In this document: positions 22,473-33,683 of the stretch, in pieces
Layout of the letters: every line of letters begins with the position of its first letter
How positions within the stretch are numbered: the stretch's first letter is position 1
NCBI GenBank assembly: GCA_963785305.1
Contig: CAWAUV010000009.1
Span: 1-64,000 of the forward strand
Length of the DNA stretch: 64,000 nt
Source: an uncultured Planctomycetaceae bacterium
GTDB lineage: Bacteria; Planctomycetota; Planctomycetia; Pirellulales; PALSA-1355
Direction: 5' to 3'
The notes under the pieces: generated by a model
Database searches by the model: none
The model's input: the letters and a program-made list of their open reading frames with translations, nothing else
What the model was told of the DNA's origin: nothing
Program-made: the position numbers and the translations under genes

Positions 22473-24402
22473 TCAACGCTGGCGCGTGGATTGCTGGCGC
22501 GTGTCGGGAATCACATTGCGAGTGGCGACATGCCGCGAGCCGCCGGCTGGCGCATTCGCTACTTCGCCGCCAAGCTTCGATTCGCGCCGCACGGCAATGA
22601 GTCGATAGCGTCGCTCGGAATCGCCGACCGTTTTCACATACTCCACCAGCGGCAACAGCTCCCCGCCCTCGGCCGAGGCGATTTCCTGATCGGCAAGCCT
22701 GCTCAGCGGATCGCGGGTCACCGGGTCGCCGTCCGCCGGATCGACCAGCAGCAAATGCGTCACGCCCAACCGCCGCAGTCGCGAGCTAAGTGGGCTGGAT
22801 CCGTCGGCGGATTCGCTCGCGGGGGCATCTTGGGTGAGCGTCGCTGGCGCGGCGCGGGCGTCGGTCACCAAGCATCGAATCCAGTACGACCGCGGATCGT
22901 TGGTGAGCAGATGATCGTCGCCGCGCACAATGCCATTGGCCACTTGCGCCGCGCGATAGCAGCCAAGCCGCGCGTCGAGCCACTGCTCGCGGCCGGCGAC
23001 CGAAAAGGCGGGCGGCCACCCGAGCCCCGCGCCGGCGAATGTCGACCACAAGCCGCTCATGGCCAGCCCCACCAGCCCCACGCGGGCCAGCGCGCCTGCG
23101 CGGGACGAAAACGTTCGAGCTCGACCCATACCCAGGCGGCGCCAATCGCCAACAGGGCCGCGAACAGCAGCGCTGCGGCGCCCACCGAAACCAAACAGGT
23201 CGCCGCGATCAGCACGCTGAGTCCAATCGCCAAACGACGCATTCCCCGCAATCGCCGAGCCCACCAAAGCCCCGGCGCCGCGGCGAGCAAAAAGGGGCCA
23301 CATCCCGCCGAGGAGCTGAAACATTCGACCCCCAGGCGCCAAGCACTTCCCGCAAGAAGCGCCGCCAAGCCCGCCACGACGAGCGCCGCGATTCCACCCA
23401 CTCCGCGCAGAGCGCCGCTTTCGACCAGCGCTCGAGTGATGCTTGGCCGCGACCATACATCGACGCGGGGGGCCGGTGTTTGCGCCCATCGCCAAGCCAC
23501 GCCAAGCGCCGTGGCGAACAGCCACGCGGGCCCCAGAGCGCCCGCGGCCAGGAGCGCGGCGACCGCGCGCAGCGGCCGCCCCCGAATTCGACCGCGGCCC
23601 GCCACCATGCCGCGCCGGCCAAGAGCAAGAGCGCGGCCGGCGCGAGTTCGTTCGAGGGGAAGGCCAGCCGGCTGAGCACTCCCGGCGTAATGATCGCGAT
23701 GGCGCCCGCCGTGAGCGCGTGCCGCGAGCCGAGCACCGGCTGGGCAATGATCGCGATCGCCAAGGCGAAAAACAGTCCGGACGCGTAGTTCAATAGACAG
23801 ACCGCGCCGGGATCGGCGATCGATTCAGCCCAGGCATGAAGCAGCGTCGCGCCGACTCCGGGCGTCAACAGTCCGTGGGCAAGCGATTGGGCCGAGCCGC
23901 TCGCGGCCAGCCGGTGCGCTTCAGCCAGCGCATCGGTCGGGGCCAGTTCGCGCGTCGGCGGCGCGAGGCAGATCATGAGTGTCGCCAAGAGCGCCAGAAT
24001 CGCCGGCCCGAAGAGCGGCGGCCTGGCAAATAGTTCGGCAAGCAGCGCCACGATGCGATTGGGCGACAGCGCCTCGCGCGCCTGGCCGCGCCGGGGCCAA
24101 ACGAACCGCGGCGCGAGCCAGGCCACGCATTCGATGATACCCCAGGCCGCGCCGAGGAGGGTCATGGTGCTCAGCGGCGCCAAGTCCCACCAGCCGCCGG
24201 CTACCGTCAGCCCCAATAGTGACTGCCAAGCGAGCATCCCCAGCGCCACGCTCCAAACGAGCCCGGCGAGCGGATCGGCGTCGGGAACGAGCCACCGCGC
24301 TACCGGCCGGCCGGCGCCCCAAAGCGCCGCCACGATCGCAATCGCGGTGAGCAACGATTCGGCCGGGCTTCCCACGGTTAACCTCGCAAACCAAGATTTC
24401 AT
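22473..24402 (-). CDS. Polytopic membrane protein, possibly a GT-C fold glycosyltransferase (at least two frameshifts)
   Basis: Many hydrophobic helices across ORFs 23209..24456, 23057..23608 and 22473..23747; C-terminal LRRLGVTHLLLV motif typical of ArnT/PMT-like proteins. Confidence 0.5.
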
Positions 24403-24668
24403 CGCCGCCGCGGTCGAGCCCGGCATGCGAAACGCCGGCCGCGCCCGCTCGCGCACGTGGCGCCATATTCAATGCAACCAGCGGGCCAGCGCGTGACTCA
24501 GACCGACCAATGTGATCCAGCCCAGAAATGTCCAGGCCACGCGATTCGATGGCGACGCCGCGCCGCGAGCCACCGGCTCGCGCGAACGGCGCCACGCCAT
24601 GGTCAAGGCGCACCGCGCCCTCCGCACCGCAATCGGCAAACCGCGCGTGCCGACATCGTGGGGCCGAT

Positions 24669-25537
24669 TCATGCGAATGGCCTCGGTGGCGGCATGGTGT
24701 TTGTCGGATCCGTTCCGGCCGAACTCGCCAGCGCGGGGCTCGTCTCCGGGAGCGCGACGCCCCAGCGATCGACGACCGCCGACAATTGCGAAAAACTGGC
24801 GATGGCCGCGTCGCCCGTGGCCAGCGACTCGCCATTGAACGCCACGGTCCGCATTCCCGCCTCGCGCGCCCACGTAGCCCGCGCCGGCGATGCCCGACAT
24901 AGGCCACGCGACATGCCGGCAAGCCGATGCCCTCGAGCGCGGCTTGGTAGCAGCGCGGCTCGGGCGTGGCGGCTTCGAGATCGAAACTCGAATACACGGC
25001 GGCAAACGCGGCCTCGATTCCAAACCGTTCGAGTTGCTCGCGAAGTTGTTCGGCCGGCTCGACCGCGTCGGCGAGCACCGCCAAGAGGAGTCCTTGCTCG
25101 GCCAGCGCGAACAGGGTGCGCACCACGCCAGGAAAGGGGCGGGTGTCGCGCGCAATCGCATCGCGGCGCAGGCGGCAGGCGGCCTCGAGCTCGTCGATCT
25201 GGGCCCAAGTGAAGCCATGGGAAAAAAGAAACGCGCCGAAGGCCTCGCTCATTTCGCGGCGACCGCACTGGGCGGGCACGAGATATTCGCGATCCCAACG
25301 GTCGTAAAACGTTTGGTAATCGCAGTCCACGCCCAACGGCGACACCAGCCGCCATAGCCAACGGCGCCAGTGGCTCGCGTCGTAAAACACATCGGCCATC
25401 TCGAAGACGAGACCCGAGACGGGCGGCGCGAAGAGCGGCGCGGCGTCTAGCGGCGGGGCGTTGCGAGACACGGCGTCGCGGGACCATCCCGGCAAGTCGA
25501 CGCGCGATGGATGGGAACTTCGGGTCACGGATTGCAT
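24669..25537 (-). CDS. HAD-like hydrolase with degenerate motifs (frameshift near 24885)
   Basis: GLVFEMADVFYD, PFPGV, FAAVYSSFDL, PEPRCY, AYVGH, then AREAGMRTVAFN in another frame. Confidence 0.65.
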
Positions 25538-25590
25538 TTTTCGCGAGGGCTTTCGATAGGCGGGCACGAAGCGGGCCGGAGGGTCGAGCG

Positions 25591-26319
25591 TCAGCGCACG
25601 GGGATTCCGGCGCCCGTGGCGACAAGCTCGGCCACGCGAGGCAGGTCCCATTCCTCGGGTCCGAGCGCCTCGTAGATCGCTTGCGCGAGTTCCCAATTCT
25701 CCGACACATCGAGCGTGCGCCGCATCGACTCGAGGTCGATCGCCTCGGGCAGCGGCAGGAGCAACACGCCGAATTCCTCGGGGTGCGTGTAGATGTAGCG
25801 CGACGGGCGCTCGCGATCGATCGGCAAATGCGCCTCGCGGTGCGCGCGGCGAAGCGCGTCGGCCCGAAGCCATTCGGCGAACAGGCCCTCGGCGGCGTGC
25901 GTGGCCGGGCGGCCATCGGCGCCGGCGAAGCCGATATAGTCGCAGCCCACGCGCGTCGCGGCCGCGGCGGCCAAGCGATCGATGAGCGCGGGATCGATGA
26001 AAATGTTTTGCGCACAATGCGAATCACGGCGTGAGCCGGATGATGGTCGAGCGCGTCGACGCATTGGGCCAAGGCGTTGGCGCCGGCGCTGTAATGCACA
26101 TCGACGTCGGGCGGCGCAAGTGGCCCCACATTCGGCCGGCCGGGGTGTCGGGCAACATCACGATCAGCCCGTCGAGCCGCTGGCAATCGGTGGCCCGACG
26201 CACGACCCATTCGAGCACCGACTTGCCGCCCAAGCGACGCGCCGCGCGAGAGCGCCGCGAGCGGCGTCGGGGCAAATTTGATCCGCGTGGATTTGAACGA
26301 TGCCGAGTGTGTGTGTCAT
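25591..26319 (-). CDS. SpsF-like cytidylyltransferase / NTP-transferase domain protein (frameshifted)
   Basis: MTHTLGIVQ; RRLGGKSVLEWVVRR...LDGLIV; FIDPALIDRL; CDYIG; YIYTHPEEF. Confidence 0.65.
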
Positions 26320-26722
26320 GCGATGGGCCCTTGATATCCTGCTCTTGGGTCGATCTCGGCGCGGCGAGCCGGCGGCTCATCATGCGCCGATGCGAAAGCG
26401 GACACGATTCCCCTGGAGATGGTGACCTCCAGCGGGCGGCGGAGAATAGCAACGCGCCCGAGCCGAGGCAAGACCTATGCCGCGACCAGCTCCGCGCGGG
26501 CGAATGTGTTCGGCCGCGCGGTTTTGGGCAGGCCAGCGGCGAGCGGGCGAGCGGGCGAATGCGGATCTCGAATGCTCTTGACCCGCCGGGCGCCGGCGGG
26601 ATACCTTTTTCGCCGCTGGACGTTCGAGGATTGTCGTCCGCGGCCCACGTCCATGAGTTCCCCACCCCAAACGCCCCCGCCCGAAATTTTTCTCCCCCTG
26701 GGGGCGGCGCGAGGTTTGATCG

Positions 26723-28278
26723 ATGCCCGAGCAGAAGATCGCGAGCCCCGTGGCCGGCAAGCCACCGAGGCCGAATCGACCCTGGTTTTGGTTCGCCGTG
26801 CTTGGGCTGACGCTCACCGTGTGGGGCTTTGTCGATGTGTATCATCGCGGCGAGATCAACCCGCGCGACATTGCCCGACATATGACCGACTTCACGGTAT
26901 ATACCGAAGCCGGCGCCGCGTTTTTCGATGGCCGCGAGCCCTACGAAGTCACCAACCCGCGCGGCTGGGGCTACTTGTATCTGCCCCTGTTCGCCATGTT
27001 GCTCGCGCCGCTGCATGCCTTGCCGGGCGAGTGGCAGGTGATGACTTGGTTCTTCATTAGTCTGGCGACGCTTTATGGCGCCTACCACGAATGCCGCCGC
27101 TTGATGCGACTCGCCGCCAGGGTGGCGACCGCGGATGACGATGCGAACGCACGCGCCGCGCCAGGCAACCGAGCCGTGGCCGTGCTTTTTCCGACCTGGA
27201 TGCTCGCGGCCGCCGTGCTCGCCGCCGCCCTTCCCACGCTCAACTGCCTGCAGCGCGGACAAACCGGCGTCTTGCAGTTGTATTTGCTGCTGCTGGGAGC
27301 AAGACTCGCGATCGAGGCCGGAGGCCACTGGAAACGTTTGCTGCTCGCCGGCGTCGTGTTTTCGTTGCCCATTGGGCTCAAGCTCACGCCGGTCTTGCCC
27401 GTGAGCTGTTTCTGGCTGCTATTGTTGCTCCGCGCCGGCCACTCGCTCGTCGCCGAGCGTTTCCCGGGCCGGGTCGCCCGCGGGCAGCGCTATCGGGTCG
27501 CTCTCGAGAGCTTGGCGCCGCCGGTCGTGGGCGGGGCAGGCACATTGCTGGGGCTCGCGCTCTATGTATTCGTGGCGCCGGCGCTCTTGGTCGGCTGGGA
27601 GAAGAACCTGGACAATCTTGGCCAGTGGTGGGAACTGATCGCCACGAAAACCGACAAGCAGACCTACGATCGATTCGCCGGCGATTCGTATTCGGTGCGC
27701 AATCAAAGTTTGTCCAATGCCCTGCATCATCTGGGTAATTGGACCGCGTATCAATTTGCCGGCGGGCCCTACGACGAGCCGTTCGAGAACGAGAAAACAT
27801 TCGTGCCCGAATTCGTTTCCGACACGCCGGCCTTCGAATGCTTTATCCGCGCGATGCAAGCGGCGGTCGTGGTCCTGGCGGGATGGCTGTGCTGCGCGGC
27901 GCGGCGACGCACGACACGCTTTGGACCGTGGCGGCGTTTGGACTGGCGAGCGTGGCGATGCTCATCGCTTCGCCGATCGCGCGGGCCCATTACTTCATGA
28001 GCTTGATCCCCGCGGCTCCCTTCGTGGCGGCGGTCGCGCTCCGGGCCGGCCACGAGCGGGCCGCGCGGTGGTTGGCTTGGTCGCCGGTGGCGCTCGTGGT
28101 GACGCACTATGCGCTGATGCGCATCGTGGGCCGCGTGGGATTCTTGGGCATCGGCACGACGATTTGGTTCGTGTGCGGCGCGGTGGCGATCAGCTACGCG
28201 CTTCCTCGCTCGCGAGCGAGCGCCACGCGGCGCGAGTCGCGGGCCAAGCGCGAACTCAGCGCGGCCGCGGCGCCATGA
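26723..28278 (+). CDS. Glycosyltransferase family 87 (DUF2029) membrane protein (frameshift near 27905)
   Basis: TDFTVY, YLYLPLFA, LQRGQ, LKLTP, NQSL; C-terminal SPIARAHY in ORF 27739..28278. Confidence 0.8.
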
Positions 28279-28347
28279 ACGAGCGCGTCAAGCGAGAAGT
28301 GGCAAGCGGTCTCGCCTTGTCAGCCCGTTGAATTTTCCACCAGACTG

Positions 28348-29655
28348 CTATGGATCGAGCGCCGAGTCGGAGCGTTCGCTGCGTTTCCTGCGCTGTCGCT
28401 GGATTTGCTCCATCAGGAAACTCATCGCGTGGCCGAATTCCCTGACGGCCACGGTGAATTTGCTGGCGGCGAGCGCGGCGGTGGCGGCTTGGTAGGCGGT
28501 GTTGAAGGGCGCCCAATCGACCGGATACTTGTCTTCAAGCGCCGCGGTGCGGAGTTTATCGCACAACTGGGCAAGCGGCGCCACCGCGGCGGCCGTCGGC
28601 TGGCAGGGCGTGGTCGTATGGGGCCCCTTGCCCAAGCGATGCGTGGCCCAATCGCCGCTCGACGCTGAACCTCCGGCGAACGTTTTCACGAGCCCGAAGC
28701 CCGCCGAGAGCAAAGCGCCGGCGCCACACACCGCGGCCACGGCGAGTTGCTCCGAGAGCGCCGCCCCGCCGGCGGCGAGCGCCAGGAAGCTGGCCGCGAT
28801 CCACACCGCCAGCGGCGCCGACGCGGCGGGTCGCGAGCCGGCCGCCGCGCGGTCCGGTAGTCGGGCATCGGAAATGTGAATCGGCTCCTTGATCCGCACG
28901 ATCACGACCGAGATGTTGTCGGGCCCGCCGCGCAGATTGGCCAGGTCCACCAGAGTGCGGGCCGCCTCGGCCGGCGGCAGGGCGCCCATCAGCACCCCGA
29001 GCTCCTCGTTCGAGACTTGGCCCGAGAGGCCATCGCTGCAAATAAGGAATGTGTCGCCGACTTCGAGCGGAAACGGGCCCTCGAGATCGACCTTCACCTC
29101 GGCATGGGGGCCAAGCGAACGGGTGATGATGTTCTTGGGAATAAAAGCGGCGTTGTCGCCCTCGGGCAGTTGACCCCCCGCCATCATTTCCCAAACCAAG
29201 CTGTGGTCGAAGGTAAGTTGCTCGAGCCGATGTTTTCGCCAGCGGTAGACGCGGCTATCTCCGACCTGCGCGGTGACGGCGCCTTGCGGCAAGAGCGTGA
29301 GCACGCTGAGCGTGGTGCCCATGCCTTGAAATTCGACATTGGCCCTGCCGCGGGCGTGGATGTCGGCGTTGGTTTCGATCACGGCCCGGCGGAGCGCTTC
29401 GGGGCCGGACAGGTCGGGTAATTTGAAATAGGTATGGGGAATGCCGGCGCAGGCGAGTTTGCTGGCCATTTCGCCGGCCGCGTGGGCGCCCATGCCATCG
29501 GCCACGATGAACATGTGTCCGCGGCGACACCATTCGAGCTCGCTACTGGCCTCGACCACGATCAAGCTGTCTTGATTGTTGGTGCGCCGCAGCCCAATGT
29601 CGGTCTGACTCGCGCACTCGAAGAACGAATTCCAATTGGCGGGAGGCTCGGGCAT
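28348..29655 (-). CDS. PP2C-family Ser/Thr protein phosphatase with C-terminal TM segments
   Basis: DIGLRRTNNQD, VADGMG, MGTT, VGDSR, CSDGL, GGPDNI; start at MPEPP inferred. Confidence 0.92.
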   Translation of the reverse strand: MPEPPANWNSFFECASQTDIGLRRTNNQDSLIVVEASSELEWCRRGHMFIVADGMGAHAAGEMASKLACAGIPHTYFKLPDLSGPEALRRAVIETNADIHARGRANVEFQGMGTTLSVLTLLPQGAVTAQVGDSRVYRWRKHRLEQLTFDHSLVWEMMAGGQLPEGDNAAFIPKNIITRSLGPHAEVKVDLEGPFPLEVGDTFLICSDGLSGQVSNEELGVLMGALPPAEAARTLVDLANLRGGPDNISVVIVRIKEPIHISDARLPDRAAAGSRPAASAPLAVWIAASFLALAAGGAALSEQLAVAAVCGAGALLSAGFGLVKTFAGGSASSGDWATHRLGKGPHTTTPCQPTAAAVAPLAQLCDKLRTAALEDKYPVDWAPFNTAYQAATAALAASKFTVAVREFGHAMSFLMEQIQRQRRKRSERSDSALDP

Positions 29656-29889
29656 GGGGTGCGAATCGCTGTGCGGGCCGGTTCGAGCGAAGGCGGCGCG
29701 AAGGATCGCGCCCTTGGCATTGTAATTTCGGCGGCGCCGGCATGATAGCGGACCACGCCGCCGAGGAACATGCTGAATGGCTCGTCTGGCGACGTTCAAT
29801 CTTCCTCGGGGCAAAAACCCCAGGCGACGGTGAATTCGATCTCCAAGGATTCCTAAAAAAAAGAGGATGGAAAGAAGGGCGAGAAGATG

Positions 29890-29954
29890 TCTCACGCGGA
29901 GACGCCGAGACGCGGAGGTTGGATTGCTATTTTCTCCGCCCCCTCCGCGTGAGA
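29890..29954. repeat. REP-like inverted repeat (TCTCACGCGGAG...CTCCGCGTGAGA)
   Basis: 12-bp terminal inverted repeat with internal GAGACGC(G/C)GAG iterations. Confidence 0.6.
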
Positions 29955-30224
29955 TGCCTACGCGTGAGCTTGTTTTTCTTCCGCGCCTGGAGACCGTTCG
30001 TCCGGCAAGCGTCGCCTTCCGCGAGCGATTGCCACCGACGCGCGGATGGGTTTGGGCGAATTTATCCTGTTTTTCGCGACTTCGTGACCCCGCGGCGTGG
30101 GTTTCGCTCTGGAGGCGCGCTCGACCCCAAGCTAGAATCAAAGCCACGCCGGGAGAGGAAACACGTAGGCGACCATGGCGGTGCGCGACGTTTCCACCCG
30201 GCAAAAAAGAGGGGGGAGGCGGCT

Positions 30225-31331
30225 TTGTCGACCACCACGTTTCACGAAGGAAATCCGACACTCACGCTCGAAGGGCGCCCGGTCGATCGACAGGCCGACG
30301 AAGAACTGATGCGCCGCTATCAGTCCGTGCTCGATGGGCAGCGGATGAGTTGGACCGAGCATTTACGGCTGACCCGCAAGCTCGGTTCGGGCGGGCAAGG
30401 CGTGGTGTTCCTCAGCGAGCGACGCGGGGCCGACGCTTTCACCCTGCCAGTGGCGCTTAAGATTTTTTCGCCCGCCCGCTACGAGGATATGCGGCACTAC
30501 GAAGACGCGATGGGCCGTATCGCCGGCGTGGCGGTGCGCGTGGCCCAGATTCAGCAAGACAATTTGCTCGACGTCCATAATTTCGTCGAACGCAATCGCA
30601 TCCGCATCATGGAAATGGAATGGATCGATGGCTACGACCTCGCCCAACTGCTCAGCAACGAGATGCTCGAGCGAGCCCGGCAGCGGATGTCGACCCGCCG
30701 CTGGGAGTATTTGAACAATGTGATCGTGACCGCGGGGCCGACGCAATCGCGGCTCAAGCCGGGCGTGGCGATGGCCGTGACGCGCGAATGTCTCGTGGGG
30801 CTGGCGGCGCTGCACCGCGAGAAAGTGGTGCATAGCGATATCAAGCCCTCGAATATCATGCTCAAGCGCACCGGCAACGCCAAGATCGTCGATATCGGAT
30901 CGGCCTTCGAGCTCAACAACCTGCCGCCGCAGCGCACCTGCACCCCCTCCTACGCCGCCACCGAAGTGCTCGAGGGCGCCGACTTCTCGCCTCGCAGCGA
31001 TCTGGCCAGCCTGGGCTATGTGCTCATTGAAATGCTGGCGGGCAAGCAGCCCTTCGCCGGATTGACCACCTATAAGGAACTGCTCGAAGCCAAGCGAATG
31101 CTGCCCCAGCGGTTGCACGAAATCCTGCCCGAGGATGTGGTGCGCAACGAGCTCTTGATGAATTTTTGTCGCGGTTTGATCGCGCCCGATCCGAACCGCC
31201 GCTTCCCCAGCGCCGAGGCGGCCGACTTCATGAAGGAAGGCGCGGCGAGCTTTCATCGTCAACTAATCAAGGGCGATCTGGCGAGCGAATATGAAAATGA
31301 AATCCGGCTCTGGCTCGAAGAGCTTGATTGA
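30225..31331 (+). CDS. Hanks-type Ser/Thr protein kinase (kinase domain only)
   Basis: LGSGGQGVV, VALK, HSDIKPSN, DIG, TPSYAATE, SDLASLG; TTG start after GGGAGG inferred. Confidence 0.92.
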   Translation: MSTTTFHEGNPTLTLEGRPVDRQADEELMRRYQSVLDGQRMSWTEHLRLTRKLGSGGQGVVFLSERRGADAFTLPVALKIFSPARYEDMRHYEDAMGRIAGVAVRVAQIQQDNLLDVHNFVERNRIRIMEMEWIDGYDLAQLLSNEMLERARQRMSTRRWEYLNNVIVTAGPTQSRLKPGVAMAVTRECLVGLAALHREKVVHSDIKPSNIMLKRTGNAKIVDIGSAFELNNLPPQRTCTPSYAATEVLEGADFSPRSDLASLGYVLIEMLAGKQPFAGLTTYKELLEAKRMLPQRLHEILPEDVVRNELLMNFCRGLIAPDPNRRFPSAEAADFMKEGAASFHRQLIKGDLASEYENEIRLWLEELD

Positions 31332-31417
31332 CGCTGCGCGAGTATCACGCGATGAAGATCCACCCCGGACGGGCGCGGAAAGAATGCTGGGAAATGGAAG
31401 CCGACGTTCAGGGCCGC

Positions 31418-33241
31418 TCAATCCATGCGGTTGAGCACGCGCTTGGGTAGGTCGGGGTCGGCCAGATAATAGGCCGCGGCGACCAGGCCGACGTGGGTGA
31501 AGGCTTGGGGAAAATTGCCCACTAGCCGACGAGCGGTCGGATCGTATTCCTCGCTCACGAGCCCCAGGTCGTTGCACACGCCAAGCAAACGTTCGAATAG
31601 GGCTCGCGCGTCGTCGCCGCGGCCGATGACCGCCAGCGCGTCGACAAGCCAAAACGAGCACGGCAAGAACGCGCCTTCGCCGGGCGGCAGCCCATCGACC
31701 TGCGAGCGGGTGTCGTAGCGTTTCACGAATTCGCCATGCGTCAAATCGCGCTGGATCGCGTCGATCGTGCCGGCGATCCGCGGATCATCGGCCGGTAGAA
31801 AACCCACGAGCGGCATCATCAACAGGCTCGCGTCGAGATGCGAGCTTTCGTAGGCCTGGGTAAATGTGTTTCGCTCGGAGTCGAAGCCGCGCTCGCAAAT
31901 TTCGGCGTGAATTTCATCGCGAATGCCGCGCCACCGATCGACCGGCCCCTCCTTGCCGAACTGCTCCACATTGCGGACCGCCCGATCGAACGCCACCCAG
32001 GCCATGAGCTTCGAGTGGGTAAAGTTCAGTTGCTCGCCACGAATCTCCCAGAGCCCGTGGTCGGGGCGCCGCCAGGCTTTTTCGAGAAACTCGAGCACCC
32101 CGAGTTCCACGCGCCAGGAGTCGCCGCCGCCGGAATGGACCTCGTGGCGGCGGCATTCGTAGAGCAGTTGCAGCACTTCGCCGTAGACATCGAGCTGAAA
32201 CTGCTCCGACGCGGCGTTGCCGATATGCACCGGCCGCGAGCCTTCGTAGCCCTCGAGCCAGTCAAGCGACTGCTCCGAGAGCCGGTGCTCGCCGGTGACG
32301 CTGTAGAGAATCTGCAAGTCGGCCGGGTTGCCGGCCACGGCCCTGAGGAGCCAGTTTCTCCATGCCGCGGCTTCATCCTCGTAGCCAGCCAGCAAGAGGG
32401 CCAAAAGGGTGAAGGTCGCGTCGCGCAGCCAGCAGTAGCGGTAGTCCCAATTGCGAACTCCACCGATCGACTCCGGCAGCGACGAGGTGGGCGCCGCCAC
32501 CATGCCGCCGGTGGGATCGTACATCAGCGCGCGGAGCGTGATGAGCGACCGCACGACCGGCCCGCGCCAGGGGCCTTCATATTGGCAGCGGCCGGCCCAT
32601 TCAAGCCACCACTTTTCGGTGGCCCGCACCGCGTCGGTCGCCAGGCGCGGCGTGGGCGGTTCTTCGTGCGAGGGGCTCCAGGTGAGAGAAAACGGAATCT
32701 CCTCGCCCGCGCGGACCGTGAACTCGGCGATGGTCATCATTCCCTCGCCGCGCGTCGCGACCGGTGTGCGCAGGACGAGCGTGTCGGGTCCGGCGGTGGC
32801 TCTCACGGCGTGATCGAATTGCCGGACCCAAGGCAAGATCGAGCCATAGTCGAAGCGAATGACCAGTTCCATGCGCATCGACGCGGCGCCGCGCCGCCCA
32901 ACGACAATCCGCGTCACCTCCGGATGCGTCGCGCGGAGCGGCATGCAGTCGACGAGCGTCACCGCGCCTTCGGCCGTTTCGAATTCCGTCTCGAGCACCA
33001 GCGTGTCGCCGCGATATTGGCGCCGGGTGGCCGTGATCTCGCCCACGGGCGCGATTCGCCAGTAGCCGTTTTCCGATGTGCCCAACAGCTTGGCGAAGCA
33101 CGCGCCCGAATCGAAGCGGGGCAGACAAAGCCAGTCGATCGACCCGTCGCGACCGACGAGCGCCGCAGTCTCGCAGTCGCCGATCATGCCGTAGTCTTCG
33201 ATCTTCAAGGTTTTCGCGGCCTGGGGGCGGGGCGCGGTCAT
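31418..33241 (-). CDS. Glycoside hydrolase family 15 (glucoamylase/trehalase-like)
   Basis: IEDYGMIGD, AAPTSSLPE, RNWDYRYCWLRD, QLDVYGE, SEE...GNFPQAFTH. Confidence 0.95.
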   Translation of the reverse strand: MTAPRPQAAKTLKIEDYGMIGDCETAALVGRDGSIDWLCLPRFDSGACFAKLLGTSENGYWRIAPVGEITATRRQYRGDTLVLETEFETAEGAVTLVDCMPLRATHPEVTRIVVGRRGAASMRMELVIRFDYGSILPWVRQFDHAVRATAGPDTLVLRTPVATRGEGMMTIAEFTVRAGEEIPFSLTWSPSHEEPPTPRLATDAVRATEKWWLEWAGRCQYEGPWRGPVVRSLITLRALMYDPTGGMVAAPTSSLPESIGGVRNWDYRYCWLRDATFTLLALLLAGYEDEAAAWRNWLLRAVAGNPADLQILYSVTGEHRLSEQSLDWLEGYEGSRPVHIGNAASEQFQLDVYGEVLQLLYECRRHEVHSGGGDSWRVELGVLEFLEKAWRRPDHGLWEIRGEQLNFTHSKLMAWVAFDRAVRNVEQFGKEGPVDRWRGIRDEIHAEICERGFDSERNTFTQAYESSHLDASLLMMPLVGFLPADDPRIAGTIDAIQRDLTHGEFVKRYDTRSQVDGLPPGEGAFLPCSFWLVDALAVIGRGDDARALFERLLGVCNDLGLVSEEYDPTARRLVGNFPQAFTHVGLVAAAYYLADPDLPKRVLNRMD

Positions 33242-33309
33242 GAGCGTCTGCGCGGGCTTGGGGGGCGATAACCGTGAACTTCAGGAGAAGCGCGGGACGC
33301 CCCGAGGGT

Positions 33310-33570
33310 TTAGCCTTCGTACTTCTCGGCCTTGCGTTCCTTGTCGAGCCGGGTGTCGAGTCGGCACACGACGAGCAACCCCAGGCCGATCGAAAGCACG
33401 ACGAGCGCGTAGGGCAGGATATAGCTCTTGTTGGCGTTGGGCGTCGGATCCGCGGCCAACGCCGCGTGCCAGGGCGCCAGCCATGCCGCCAGCGCGGCGA
33501 GCGCGACGCGGTTCGCCACCAGTCGTGGCGACACGCCTCGTTTATGTTCGCCCAAATGGCAATCGTTCAT
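33310..33570 (-). CDS. Small hypothetical membrane protein (start uncertain)
   Basis: Signal-like segment, KSYILPYALVVLSIGLGLLVVCR TM segment, charged tail. Confidence 0.55.
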   Translation of the reverse strand: MNDCHLGEHKRGVSPRLVANRVALAALAAWLAPWHAALAADPTPNANKSYILPYALVVLSIGLGLLVVCRLDTRLDKERKAEKYEG

Positions 33571-33683
33571 AAAAACCTCGATAGTCCGGTAGACGCCAAC
33601 GTTTCGGGCATTTTACCCACGCGACGCCACGCGACCGATCTCCGAAAAAAAATGCCTCGCAATAGCGTCTTCACGGCGCGTCT

